Assembly (NCBI GenBank): GCA_958296135.2 | Contig: CATQHZ020000001.1 | Location: 4,800,001 to 4,864,000 of the forward strand | Source of the DNA: an uncultured Poribacteria bacterium | GTDB taxonomy: Bacteria > Poribacteria > WGA-4E > WGA-3G | Reading direction: 5' to 3' | DNA: 64,000 nucleotides | Part shown: positions 8,693 through 18,955 of the stretch, piece after piece | How positions within the stretch are numbered: position 1 is the stretch's first letter | How the letters are laid out: every line of letters starts with the position of its first letter | Made by a program: the position numbers and the translations under genes | Notes under the pieces: generated by a model | Databases searched by the model: none | The model's input: the letters and a program-made list of their open reading frames with translations, nothing else | Told to the model about the DNA's origin: nothing

Positions 8693-9667
8693 TTACCTAT
8701 TTTCACTCCCCAAATAGATTGCGTCCTCAAACCTTGCATCCAAATAAGTGTGTGTCTCTTGTTCGGTAGGCATCCTCCTTGAGCCATCCGCCTGCGCTCC
8801 ACTGCCGGTGGAAAGCCGGGAGCGCTGTCTCCCCCCGTTCTCCCGGTCTGCCCAGCCCGATTCCCTCTTCAAGAAGAGTTCAATGTAATGAAGTCCCCTC
8901 GCAATCGTGTCTGCTGCAATCCATGCCTGCATGCCGCCGCGCCGCGCTGAAGTCCCCACGATGTGCAGCCGAATCTTCTGTGCATCGCGCGCGTCCACAG
9001 CCTCCAACCGCTTCGCAAACGTCCACCCTCCCCGCAGCACCGCCTCCAAAACGTGGAGCCCCAACACCACCGCCGGCGTTTGCACTACCGTTCCAACGGC
9101 TGGAAATGCATCACCTTCTGCCTGGAGCATCACCGCATCAAAGGAGGAGCGCTCATCCAAAATAGATTCTAACACATACCCCTCTCTATCTAATAGAAAA
9201 AATTGTGTGTCAACACGATTCTGGCGCGGCGCAGTGAATTGGAGCCGCGCGAACGGCTCGCGTTCTGTCACCTCAATGGACAGCACTCGTTTCATCAAAC
9301 GTTTCGATATCCGCGCGTCTTTGATGTAACTCAGGTTCTCCTTCAGATACCGCGCAGCCTGCTCCTCCGACTCGGTGACGATATTGTCCAGATTCGCGCC
9401 TAAGACATCGTAAATCGCGCGCTCGGTATAGTGAACGTTGCCCGAGACTTCCAGTGTGACATGCTCAACGCGAAAAAAGTCGAGCAGCGTTTTCCCCACG
9501 AACGCCAACGTTACAACCAACGCGATGAAAAAGATGAGCCGCCGCCACGCGTAAACCTTCGTGCTACGGTGCGGGGTGCCCAACTGCCGCGCAGCCGGTG
9601 AGAGGGCACTCACCGGCACTCGACGAGAATTTCTCTGAGGTTGAGAGGATGGCTTCATCTTTTTCAT
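8693..9667 (-). CDS. ftsQ: Cell division protein FtsQ/DivIB
   Basis: N-terminal TM, POTRA-like VSGNVHYTE...IEVTEREP, C-terminal YLDARF; located between murC and ftsA. Confidence 0.8.
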   Translation of the reverse strand: MKKMKPSSQPQRNSRRVPVSALSPAARQLGTPHRSTKVYAWRRLIFFIALVVTLAFVGKTLLDFFRVEHVTLEVSGNVHYTERAIYDVLGANLDNIVTESEEQAARYLKENLSYIKDARISKRLMKRVLSIEVTEREPFARLQFTAPRQNRVDTQFFLLDREGYVLESILDERSSFDAVMLQAEGDAFPAVGTVVQTPAVVLGLHVLEAVLRGGWTFAKRLEAVDARDAQKIRLHIVGTSARRGGMQAWIAADTIARGLHYIELFLKRESGWADRENGGRQRSRLSTGSGAQADGSRRMPTEQETHTYLDARFEDAIYLGSENR

Positions 9668-9677
9668 CGCTCGCGTC

Positions 9678-11102
9678 TCATCTCGTCTGTCTGCGCGCCA
9701 AGAATTCATGCCCAACTTTATTGATGTCGCCCGCACCCAGCGTCATCACCATATCGCCCGGACGGGTGACTTCCATGAGGCAATCCGTAACGTCACCCAT
9801 CTCGGGAACGTAGATGACGTGCCGATGCCCGTGCACCCGAATCGCCGCCGCCAGCTTCTCGCCTGTCACGTTCTCTATCTCTGCCTCACCCGCGCCGTAG
9901 ATGGAAGTAACGATAAGCACATCTGCTTGATAGAAAGAGCGGCAGAATTCGTCAGCCAGATCTCGCACCCGCTGATGGCGATGCGGTTGAAAGACACCAA
10001 CGATACGGCGTTTGTAACCCTCGCGCGCACCGTTCAACGCAGCTTTCAACTTCGCCGGATTGTGCGCGTAATCGTCCACAACGACAATGTCATCAGCTTC
10101 ACCGAGCACCTCAAACCGGCGATGCACACCTTGGAACGATGCCAGACTCTCCCGAATCTGCTCAAACGGGATGTCTAATTCAAGGCCAACAGCGATAGCC
10201 GCTAACGAATTCGCGATGTTATGACGGCCCGGCATTTTGAGATGAACCTCGCCGAGTATCTCGCCCGAGACCGAAGAACGAGCGGGGCAGCCCTGCGCGC
10301 TACGGAGGAGACGCGCGACATCGTGCGAGGCGCGAACGCGATAACGAGACGTAGGGCCCTCCACGCGAATCGCCTCCGCCACCAAATCCGCACGCGTTTC
10401 AAGCCCATAAGTCACATACCGCTTCTCCACCCGCGGGATGAACTTCTGAACGTTCTCACTATCCAGACACAGCACCGCCGTGCCATAGAAAGGCACTTTG
10501 TTAATGAATTTGAGGAACGTCTCGCCTATCTCATCAACGCTCTTGTAATAGTCAAGATGGTCTGCATCAACCGAGGTGACTACGGCAACCGTCGGATAGA
10601 ACATCTCAATTGAACCATACGCTTCATCCGCCTCAACTACCATCACCTCGCCATCGCCGCTGTGTGCATGACTGCCGTTGACGAGCTTCCCACCGACGAC
10701 TACCGTCGGATCGAGGCTTCGCAGCACCGCCGCTGTCATCGCCGTTGTGGTAGTCTTGCCGTGCGTGCCGCTGACAGCGACACTGTAGCGCATCCGCGTA
10801 ATCTCGTTGAGCATCTCCGCGCCCCGGACAATAGGGATTTTCTGTGTCCTCGCGGCGAGCAGCTCCGGGTTATCCAGCGGAATCGCGGGCGATTTGACGA
10901 CGACATCTGCGCCGTTGAGGTTCGCCGCGGCGTGCCCATAGTGGACAGTCGCACCGCGCGCGCGCAACTGCTCTGTCGTCTCTGAGCGTCGGATATCAGA
11001 ACCGGTGACGTTAAAACCCAAGTCGAGGAGGATTTCCGTAATCCCACTTAACCCAGCACCGCCGATACCGATAACATGGATGTGTTGTGTCTTTCCAAAC
11101 AT
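9678..11102 (-). CDS. murC: UDP-N-acetylmuramate--L-alanine ligase
   Basis: GIGGAGLSG, GTHGKTTTT, EADE, DDYAHNP, FQPHR. Confidence 0.97.
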   Translation of the reverse strand: MFGKTQHIHVIGIGGAGLSGITEILLDLGFNVTGSDIRRSETTEQLRARGATVHYGHAAANLNGADVVVKSPAIPLDNPELLAARTQKIPIVRGAEMLNEITRMRYSVAVSGTHGKTTTTAMTAAVLRSLDPTVVVGGKLVNGSHAHSGDGEVMVVEADEAYGSIEMFYPTVAVVTSVDADHLDYYKSVDEIGETFLKFINKVPFYGTAVLCLDSENVQKFIPRVEKRYVTYGLETRADLVAEAIRVEGPTSRYRVRASHDVARLLRSAQGCPARSSVSGEILGEVHLKMPGRHNIANSLAAIAVGLELDIPFEQIRESLASFQGVHRRFEVLGEADDIVVVDDYAHNPAKLKAALNGAREGYKRRIVGVFQPHRHQRVRDLADEFCRSFYQADVLIVTSIYGAGEAEIENVTGEKLAAAIRVHGHRHVIYVPEMGDVTDCLMEVTRPGDMVMTLGAGDINKVGHEFLARRQTR

Positions 11103-11125
11103 TTTATATGTTGCCCTTTCTCATA

Positions 11126-12256
11126 TTAAGTTGAATCGGGTGATTGCCGCGGCCGGGCCGGTAATGAAAGAATAGCCTTCGCAATCTCATCACTTGCATT
11201 CGGGCTGCCGATAGCGCGGCTCGCCGTTACCATCTGCTGATGCACCTGCTCATCCATCGTGATGCGGGTGAGGTGTTTCACCAGTTCATCAATAGTAAAC
11301 GCGCCTTGTTCCAACACGATGGCTGCGCCTGCATCGGCGACAGTGCGCGCGTTCAACACCTGATTATTGCCGGTTTGCGCGGGCAGCGGGATAAAAATCG
11401 CCGGGATACCGCACGCTGTCACTTCCGAGACTGTCATGCCGCCGGCGCGGCACACCATCACATCGGCGATGCTGTAAACTTCTTCTACGGTGTCAAAGAA
11501 AGGTTGGACGCAGTGGCTAAGGGCTGCTGCCTCATAAGCCGCCATGACTGCCGCAGCGTCTGCCTCCCCGGTCTGATGCACGACTTGGATGTGCGCGCGC
11601 AGTTGCGTTAACAGCGGTAGCGCGTCCATCAGTGCCGCGTTAATTGCGTGCGCGCCTTGACTGCCGCCCATGACAAACACCGTTTTCCGTCCTGAACGCA
11701 AGCCGTATTTTTGATAGGTGGCTTCCGAGCGTTCATAAGCGGTAATTGCAGGACGAATCGGGTTGCCCGTTACCTTCACAATGTCTGCCGGGAACTTGGC
11801 AGCCGCCGGTGCCAATGCGAGATAGGCGGCTTTCGCCCAGCGCGCCAAAATCCCGTTCGTCAAGCCGACAGAAGCGTTCTGTTCCTGTATCACAATCGGA
11901 ATGTTGCGCAGCACGCTGGCGAAAAGCACGGGCCCCGACACATAACCGCCCGTGCCAACCACGACATCCGGGTTCAGTTTCTTGATGTGGCGCAGCGAGT
12001 GGAGCACCCCCCGAAACGCTTTCCAAAGCACCAGCCCCCACTGCAAGGTGAGTCTGCGCGGAAACCCCGCCACCGTAATCGGCAGGAAAGAAAACCCGTG
12101 CTGTGGCACAAGTTTCGCCTCCAGCCGGTTTTCACCGCCGATGAAGATAATGTCGATACCCGGGTCCAAGCGTTTCAGGGCTTGGGCGATACCAATGGCG
12201 GGATAGATATGTCCGCCGGTGCCGCCGCCAGAGATAACGATGCTTCTTTTCTTCAT
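11126..12256 (-). CDS. murG: Undecaprenyl-PP-MurNAc-pentapeptide GlcNAc transferase
   Basis: GGGTGGHIYP, GTGGYVS, EQN, GGSQGA, RAGGMT. Confidence 0.97.
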   Translation of the reverse strand: MKKRSIVISGGGTGGHIYPAIGIAQALKRLDPGIDIIFIGGENRLEAKLVPQHGFSFLPITVAGFPRRLTLQWGLVLWKAFRGVLHSLRHIKKLNPDVVVGTGGYVSGPVLFASVLRNIPIVIQEQNASVGLTNGILARWAKAAYLALAPAAAKFPADIVKVTGNPIRPAITAYERSEATYQKYGLRSGRKTVFVMGGSQGAHAINAALMDALPLLTQLRAHIQVVHQTGEADAAAVMAAYEAAALSHCVQPFFDTVEEVYSIADVMVCRAGGMTVSEVTACGIPAIFIPLPAQTGNNQVLNARTVADAGAAIVLEQGAFTIDELVKHLTRITMDEQVHQQMVTASRAIGSPNASDEIAKAILSLPARPRQSPDST

Positions 12257-12263
12257 AGTTTCC

Positions 12264-13568
12264 TCACCTGAAGGCATTTGTGGCTGGCTCGCGATGCACG
12301 CGGGAGACATTCAACAGGATGCCCACACTGACGAGACTCAGCACAATCGATGAACCGCCGTAGCTGATAAACGGCAACGTAATCCCTTTCGTCGGTAAGA
12401 GCCCGGTGACAACGCCGATATTGATGAACGCCTGCAAGCCGATGAGGGTTGTCATGCCGATGGCTAGCAGGCCGCCAAACCTATCATCGGCGTGGCGCGC
12501 GATGTGCAACCCACGCCAGATAAATAGCATGAAAAGGAGCGCGATACTCGCCGTGCCGAGGAACCCGAATTCTTCGCCTAATACCGAAAAGATGAAATCG
12601 GTGTGTGGGTAGGGCAGCTTGACAATCTTGAGCGCGCTGTTATCAATGCCAACACCGAGGAGGCCGCCTGAGCTGAGCGCGTCAAGCGAATGCGCTAGTT
12701 GATAGTTCGCCGCATCCGGCGATTTCCACAATGCGATGTAATCGATAAACCGCTGCAACCGGTACGGGTCGCGAATAATCAGCACAGCGAGCATTGCGGC
12801 TCCTGCGCCGGCAAGCATCAGCGTATGCGCGATACGGATACCGCCCACAAAGAGCACGATGCACACCGTCGCCGCGAGCAGCAACGCCGAACCAAAGTCC
12901 GGCTGCGCCGCTACCAGCCCGAACGCCGCACCTAAAACCAGCATATTCGGCACAATGCCGTTAAAGAAACTTTTCACTTTCTCCGGGTTCCGGCTCAGGA
13001 ACGTAGCAACATGGATGACGAGCGCAATTTTGGCGAATTCAACGGGTTGAAAGTTCACCGGCAGCGGGCCAAGCCGAATCCATCGGTTAAACCTGCCGCC
13101 TTCTGCGCCTTGCACGCTGGAACTCAACTGCGGCACGAAGACTAAGGCCAAGCCGATAAACGCGCAGACCAGAATCTTCGTCGCATGCCGCGCATAAAAG
13201 CGGTAGGGGATATAGGAGACAACGGACATGCCGACTAACCCAACAACGCAAGCGATAACGTGTATCTGCAGATACCGATAACTGTAGCCATCATAGAGAC
13301 GTGAGGAGAGGAGGTGGCTTGCGCTATACACCATCAAAATCCCGCCCGCAAGGAGAAGGCATGTCAGCGCACTCAGCCCCTTGTCCATTTTCTCGATGCC
13401 GCCCGGATGCTGCGTTCGCGCCGAATCGGCATTTGTCTCCCTGTCTGCACCTATCTCCCGTTTACGGGAGAGTAAAATGCCTTTGGAAGATTCAGGTGTC
13501 CGAAAGGAGAAAGACGGCGCGCGGAAACCTGCGTGTGGAGTCACTTGTCGCTTACGAAGGAATGTCAT
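12264..13568 (-). CDS. ftsW: SEDS peptidoglycan glycosyltransferase FtsW (start uncertain)
   Basis: FQPVEFAK, QPDFG, HTDFIF, GEEFG, PTKGITLPFISYGGSS. Confidence 0.95.
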   Translation of the reverse strand: MTFLRKRQVTPHAGFRAPSFSFRTPESSKGILLSRKREIGADRETNADSARTQHPGGIEKMDKGLSALTCLLLAGGILMVYSASHLLSSRLYDGYSYRYLQIHVIACVVGLVGMSVVSYIPYRFYARHATKILVCAFIGLALVFVPQLSSSVQGAEGGRFNRWIRLGPLPVNFQPVEFAKIALVIHVATFLSRNPEKVKSFFNGIVPNMLVLGAAFGLVAAQPDFGSALLLAATVCIVLFVGGIRIAHTLMLAGAGAAMLAVLIIRDPYRLQRFIDYIALWKSPDAANYQLAHSLDALSSGGLLGVGIDNSALKIVKLPYPHTDFIFSVLGEEFGFLGTASIALLFMLFIWRGLHIARHADDRFGGLLAIGMTTLIGLQAFINIGVVTGLLPTKGITLPFISYGGSSIVLSLVSVGILLNVSRVHREPATNAFR

Positions 13569-14922
13569 GGACTGCCTCTCTGAACGCGTCGCCGCGCGCT
13601 TTATAGTCAGCATACCTATCAAAACTGGCATTCGCCGGTGAAAGTAACACCACATCGCCCGGTGCAGCGTGTGTGTACCCTATCTGCACCGCTTCCGCCA
13701 TCGTCGCCGCGTGAAATATCTCTGTCACCCCAGTGAAACTCGCTTCAAGGCGTTCCACATGGCTGCCCAACAGTATCGCGCCTTTCACCTGCCGCCGAAC
13801 GAGGGCCGTCAGCGGCGTATAGTCGTTGCCTTTATCAACGCCGCCCATAATGAGCCAAACGTTTTTTGTCTCGGCCGAGAGAGGGCGAGGGACAGGCACG
13901 CACCCTACCGAACAAGGACGAAGGGATGCAAGGGCCGCTTTAACCGCCGCCACATTCGTCGCCTTCGAGTCATTGATGAATTGAACCCCGTTGACTGTCT
14001 TCACCAGCTCAAACGCATGCGCGAACGCCGGGTGTCCCCGGTCGAAGTTTTCAAGCGCACGCCGAACCTGTTCAGGCGTTACGCCGAAAATCTTCGCCAC
14101 GCTCAGCGCCGCGAGGGCGTTCTGCACGTTATGCACACCCGGCAGCGGAAACCCAGACGCAGCCCAACTTTCAGGCGGTTCACTGTCTGTCCAATAGATA
14201 GCCTGTGCCGCCGTGCAGGCTGCAAAACGCGCACTGTCATCGTGCCGATTCAACACTATCCAATCCGCCGCGGTCTGGTTCGTGCAGACCAGCTGTTTCG
14301 CCGCGGCATAAGCTGCCATCGTGCCGTGCCTATCCAAATGGTCTGGGGAAATATTGAGGATAACGCTCACCTTCGGATGAAACGTAAGCGTGCTCTCCAA
14401 CTGAAAACTGCTCGCCTCTAGCACAACAATATCGCGGCGTGTTAGGCACTGCACCTCCGCTGCAAGCGGGATACCGATATTCCCTGCAACACAGACCTTC
14501 TCAAACAGGCCGCCCGCTTCAAGGAGCGCGGCCGTCAAAAGCGTCGTCGTCGACTTGCCTTTTGTCCCCGTAATCGCCACGATGGGCGCAGGACAGACGC
14601 GGGACGAGACTTCTAACTCGCCCCAAATCGGGATGTCCCTGGCGCGAGCCTCGCACAAAATGGGGATATCCAGCGGCACACCGGGCGAGACAACTATCAA
14701 CTCAGCGTTCGCGATGCACGCCGCAGGATGCCCGCCGAGATACAACCGCCCGTTCGGGGCAAACCCTTGAAAGCGCGCAATCTCCGCGGATAACGCAACC
14801 GCCGGGCGCGTATCCGTCACTGCCACTGACGCGCCAAGTGAGACAAGCAATTCTGCGACAGCGAGCCCACTGCGGTTTAATCCAAAGACTGTTATCTGTT
14901 TCCCTGAAAATAGACTTGGCAT
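13552..14922 (-). CDS. murD: UDP-MurNAc-L-Ala--D-glutamate ligase
   Basis: SPGVP, GTKGKSTTT, GNIG, EASSFQL, NDSKATN, LLSPA. Confidence 0.95.
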   Translation of the reverse strand: MPSLFSGKQITVFGLNRSGLAVAELLVSLGASVAVTDTRPAVALSAEIARFQGFAPNGRLYLGGHPAACIANAELIVVSPGVPLDIPILCEARARDIPIWGELEVSSRVCPAPIVAITGTKGKSTTTLLTAALLEAGGLFEKVCVAGNIGIPLAAEVQCLTRRDIVVLEASSFQLESTLTFHPKVSVILNISPDHLDRHGTMAAYAAAKQLVCTNQTAADWIVLNRHDDSARFAACTAAQAIYWTDSEPPESWAASGFPLPGVHNVQNALAALSVAKIFGVTPEQVRRALENFDRGHPAFAHAFELVKTVNGVQFINDSKATNVAAVKAALASLRPCSVGCVPVPRPLSAETKNVWLIMGGVDKGNDYTPLTALVRRQVKGAILLGSHVERLEASFTGVTEIFHAATMAEAVQIGYTHAAPGDVVLLSPANASFDRYADYKARGDAFREAVHDIPS

Positions 14923-14925
14923 CGC

Positions 14926-16041
14926 TTACCGGACCTTCAGCGTGCTTAACGCTATCAACACCAAAATTAACCCCATAATCCAAAAACGGATAACCACTTT
15001 CGATTCCTTCCATCCAGACAGCAGAAAGTGGTAGTGGATAGGCGACATCTTGAAAACCCGCTTCCCTAACGTGCGGAAGGACCAGACTTGGATGATAACC
15101 GATAGTGCCTCTACGACAAAAATCGCACCGACAATCACCAGCAAAAATTCCTGTTTGATAAGCAATGCGACAGTGCCAAGCGTCGCCCCTAGCGTGAGCG
15201 AACCGGTATCGCCCATAAACACTTGCGCCGGATGCGAGTTATACCACAAAAACCCTAACCCCGCTCCGACTAACGCTGCGCAAAAAATCGCTGTCACCTC
15301 GCCGCTCACGGGGAGATGAAAAATGTTGAGATACGCCGCAATCTGGTGATGGCTTGTCATGTAGCCCAACACCCCTAAAGTGCCGGCAACAAACAGCGTG
15401 CATCCGATTGCCAATCCATCCATGCCATCCGTCAGGTTTACGGCATTTGACGTGCCGACGATGACAAGCGTTGCAAACGGAATAAACAAAATCCCCAGCT
15501 CTGGCTGCACCGCTTTGAAAAACGGAAAACTTAGCGCGGTGCGCGTCGTAACATCATCGCCCGCGACCGGCCCCCAGCCATAGAGATAGACAGCGATTGC
15601 CACTGCCCCCAACGTCTGCAGCCCTATCTTGTGCCAGCCGCGGAGCCCTAAGGATTGCTGTTTGACGAGTTTGCTGTAATCGTCTAGGAAGCCGAGCCCG
15701 CCGAACCACAGCGTCGTCAAAATCATCATGAAAATGTAAGGCTGGTCCCACCGACTCCAGAAAAGGACAGATACCAGCACCGAGACGATGATGAGGATGC
15801 CGCCCATTGTCGGCGTGCCTGCCTTGTCCTCCCACTCGGTGGATTTCGCCTTCGGGCCGTCTTCAAGGATATGTTCACCGATGCGGAGTTGCTTCAGCCG
15901 CCGTATCATGAACGGCCCTAACACCAGTGAGATGATGAGTGCCGTCGCTGTCGCGTAAATGGCCCGAAAACTGATATAGCGGAAAATGTTGAACGGCGAA
16001 AACGCCTCCACCAGATTTGCATAAAACAGATGATAGAACAT
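14926..16041 (-). CDS. mraY: Phospho-MurNAc-pentapeptide transferase
   Basis: KAGTPTMGG, DDYSK, NAVNLTDGMDGL, VFMGDTGS, PIHYHF. Confidence 0.97.
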   Translation of the reverse strand: MFYHLFYANLVEAFSPFNIFRYISFRAIYATATALIISLVLGPFMIRRLKQLRIGEHILEDGPKAKSTEWEDKAGTPTMGGILIIVSVLVSVLFWSRWDQPYIFMMILTTLWFGGLGFLDDYSKLVKQQSLGLRGWHKIGLQTLGAVAIAVYLYGWGPVAGDDVTTRTALSFPFFKAVQPELGILFIPFATLVIVGTSNAVNLTDGMDGLAIGCTLFVAGTLGVLGYMTSHHQIAAYLNIFHLPVSGEVTAIFCAALVGAGLGFLWYNSHPAQVFMGDTGSLTLGATLGTVALLIKQEFLLVIVGAIFVVEALSVIIQVWSFRTLGKRVFKMSPIHYHFLLSGWKESKVVIRFWIMGLILVLIALSTLKVR

Positions 16042-16046
16042 TTTTC

Positions 16047-17294
16047 CTACGCTGTGCCCCCAAACTTTTCGCCCTTCTTCAATTTCGCGAAACTGGCACC
16101 GGCATGGCTGAGCAGGTTCGTGTTGTACGAATAGACGAGGCTGTTTTTCGCCGCATGCACGGAAAACGCCACGTCAATGAGTTGTGAAACGAGCTGCGGA
16201 AATCCAACGCCATCGTGCTCCCACAGGTAAAAACTGAACGAGCCGGGGATAGTATTGATTTCATTGACGTAGACGTGTTCATCGGCATCCATCAGGAAAT
16301 CGATGCGTGCGACACCGGCGCAGTCTAACACCTGAAACGTCTGTCTGGCGAGCTCCTGAATATGTAACGTCAATTCTTCCGAAAGGGGTGCAGGAATTTT
16401 CCGTTCCGCGCCAGCCATCGCCGAGGGCGTGCTTCGCCCCTCTGTTGCCGATGCGTTCACCCGGGTCTCATGGATGTATTTATCGTCAAAGGTAAGGAAC
16501 GCCGCGTCCGTCATCGGCTGCTCACAGACAGAAGCGGTTACCTGCTGCGCGCCCATCACAGCGCAGTTGATTTCACACGGATTTTGCACCGCCTGTTCAA
16601 CAAGAATTCGGTGGCAGTAGTGCCCGGCGAGTTCCACGGCGGCGGCGAGTTCCTCGCTATTTTTGACGTGGCTCACGCCGATGCTGGAGCCGCTGACGGC
16701 AGGCTTCACGAAAACCGGGTAGCCCAGCATCGCCGCCACATTTTCTAAGAGCGCCGCGCTGTCGGTGTTCCACTGGTGCTGCGCCCACCAAAGATATGGG
16801 ACAATCGGGAGTTGATTCTCGCTGAGAATCGCCTTCATCATGATTTTATCCATGCCGACAGCCGAACCGACGACTCCCGAACCGACATACGGCAGGTTCA
16901 TGAGTTCCAGCACGCCTTGGAGCGTGCCATCTTCGCCGTGTGCTCCATGTATCGCCGGGAACACGACATCTACCGGGAGTGCTGTTTTCTGCGCCGCCCG
17001 AAACCAGCCGGCGCGTTTGGGATGGACGACAAACGTGCCACAGCCGGGGGGCGTATCTTCAAATTCAACGGTAACAAGGGCAAACTCGGCGGCGGTTGGC
17101 AAACTTCCATCCGTGAACGTATCCAATTCGCGAAGCCCATCGCCCGTTAACCACGCGCCATCCTTCGTGATGTAAATGGGGATAACGTTATGGTTCTCCG
17201 CCAAAGCGGCGCAGACCTGGTGTGCTGTGACGATGGAGACTTCGTGCTCCGGGGAGCGTCCACCAAAAATGAGGGCCACATTCTGTCGCTGCAT
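16047..17294 (-). CDS. ddl: D-alanine--D-alanine ligase
   Basis: FGGRSPEHEVS, HGAHGEDG, GSSIG, ARIDF, NEINTIPG. Confidence 0.93.
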   Translation of the reverse strand: MQRQNVALIFGGRSPEHEVSIVTAHQVCAALAENHNVIPIYITKDGAWLTGDGLRELDTFTDGSLPTAAEFALVTVEFEDTPPGCGTFVVHPKRAGWFRAAQKTALPVDVVFPAIHGAHGEDGTLQGVLELMNLPYVGSGVVGSAVGMDKIMMKAILSENQLPIVPYLWWAQHQWNTDSAALLENVAAMLGYPVFVKPAVSGSSIGVSHVKNSEELAAAVELAGHYCHRILVEQAVQNPCEINCAVMGAQQVTASVCEQPMTDAAFLTFDDKYIHETRVNASATEGRSTPSAMAGAERKIPAPLSEELTLHIQELARQTFQVLDCAGVARIDFLMDADEHVYVNEINTIPGSFSFYLWEHDGVGFPQLVSQLIDVAFSVHAAKNSLVYSYNTNLLSHAGASFAKLKKGEKFGGTA

Positions 17295-17296
17295 CC

Positions 17297-18955
17297 CTAA
17301 CTCTCCTCGTTGTAGTTGTCCGGAAGATCATTCTCGAAAAGGACGACATCGCCGGGTTTCAAGAGTTTCGCCAGATAGGTTTTGACTTCAGCGAGGTTCA
17401 CAGCGATGCTCACGTGCTCGCTTGGGTAATTCGCGATTTTCAACCCATCCAGAATCGGCGTGGTTCTGTTAGGCCCGACGAGGATAACCCTGTCGCACAC
17501 TTGGGCGGCACGTTCCCCGAAGCGTCGGTTCTCTTCGTATTCCTGCTCGCCGAGTTCTACCATGCCGGGTGTCACCAGCACCTTCTTCCCACCGGTTGGG
17601 CCGCCCCCGAAATCGTCAAGCACTTCCAGGGCAGCCTTCGCGCCAACAGGGTTCGCGTTGAAACTGTCATCAATAATCGTGACACCGCCCGCGCCCGCGC
17701 TGAGCTGCAAGCGATGCGGCACGGGCACCACCTTCGCAACGGCATCGCGGATTTCGTCAAGTGCCATGCCGCACGCCAACGCGACGCTCGTCGCGGCGAG
17801 AATGTTGGAGACGTTATGCCTGCCAAGCAGTTGCGTCCGCATCTCGGCACGCAGCACGGAAGCCTGTCCCCCGCGACTGGCCCCTTGTACCGGTGTCTGA
17901 CTCTGCACGGTAAATGCCACTCCTGCATCCGTGTGCCGAATGTCTGAAGCAGTAAGTTCCACATTTTCTGCGTCTACGGCGTATCGGACAACGCGTTTCG
18001 CATCGGTTTTATCCGCGAGTTCGGCACAGATAGCGTTGTCACAGTTGAAAACAGCGAGCCCCTCCGGTGGCAGCGATTCAATCAGTTCATATTTCGTCTT
18101 GGCGATATTCTCAAGGCTCTTAAACCGCTCAAGATGCTGCGGGCCGACAGCGGTGAGGATACCGATTTCTGGCGATGCCAATTCGCACAACTCGCGGATA
18201 TCGCCGCGCCGATACGCCCCCATCTCAACGATAAACACCTCGTGCGTCGCTGTCAACTCACCACGGATAACTTTGGTGATACCCATCGGCGTGTTGTAAC
18301 TATCAGGTGTCATCAACGTGTTGAATTTTTGTGAGAGAATCTGGTGCAAAATATACTTGGTGCTGGTTTTGCCGTAACTCCCGGTAATGCCGATGACTTT
18401 AGGCCGGAACGTTTTTATCCGCTTTTTCGCCGACCGGAGATACGCGCCGTTGATGGTGCGTTCTAACGGATAGATGAGTAGGTTCGCCACGGTGAGATTT
18501 ATCACCGTCACCTCACCGAAAAGGAAGGCAGCAACGCGCCAGAGGTTTTCTGTCCCCGTAGACGCGCTTCGGAAACTTAGAACAACAGCGAGCCCGACGA
18601 GAAGAAAAACGGCAAGCCCAAACACCCGTTTGGCACGCGCGGTGTAGACAAGCGGCTTTTTCGCATCAACCTTCTTGCGCCAAATGAACTGAGAACCTTG
18701 GAACACACTCCACGCAACGCAAAGCACCGGAAAGAGCCACGCCGCCGGATAGACAGCCGTTAGCAGCACGAGGCCAGCAACGATAAGCATCTCCGGCACC
18801 TCAAAGCAGTCCCCGAGGTGCTGGCGTATCCACCGCACGTATCGCGTGGTTTTATACCCATCAAGTTGCAGGATATGGAGCCCGCTCGTCGTTCTCACGA
18901 TTGCCCGGGCGAGGCAGGCGGCTATTGTAACGTAAAAAAGCAGATTAGCAATCAT
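17297..18955 (-). CDS. murF: MurF-type ligase with N-terminal membrane extension
   Basis: GITGSYGKTSTK, SYNTPMG, EMGA, DDSFNANP, TPGMVELG; ~170-aa hydrophobic N-terminus. Confidence 0.85.
   Translation of the reverse strand: MIANLLFYVTIAACLARAIVRTTSGLHILQLDGYKTTRYVRWIRQHLGDCFEVPEMLIVAGLVLLTAVYPAAWLFPVLCVAWSVFQGSQFIWRKKVDAKKPLVYTARAKRVFGLAVFLLVGLAVVLSFRSASTGTENLWRVAAFLFGEVTVINLTVANLLIYPLERTINGAYLRSAKKRIKTFRPKVIGITGSYGKTSTKYILHQILSQKFNTLMTPDSYNTPMGITKVIRGELTATHEVFIVEMGAYRRGDIRELCELASPEIGILTAVGPQHLERFKSLENIAKTKYELIESLPPEGLAVFNCDNAICAELADKTDAKRVVRYAVDAENVELTASDIRHTDAGVAFTVQSQTPVQGASRGGQASVLRAEMRTQLLGRHNVSNILAATSVALACGMALDEIRDAVAKVVPVPHRLQLSAGAGGVTIIDDSFNANPVGAKAALEVLDDFGGGPTGGKKVLVTPGMVELGEQEYEENRRFGERAAQVCDRVILVGPNRTTPILDGLKIANYPSEHVSIAVNLAEVKTYLAKLLKPGDVVLFENDLPDNYNEES

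Noticed and set aside
16047-17294. D-Ala-D-Lac (vancomycin-resistance) ligase
   Set aside because: The omega-loop reads FDDKY with Tyr retained as in D-Ala-D-Ala ligases, and there are no vanH/vanX neighbours.
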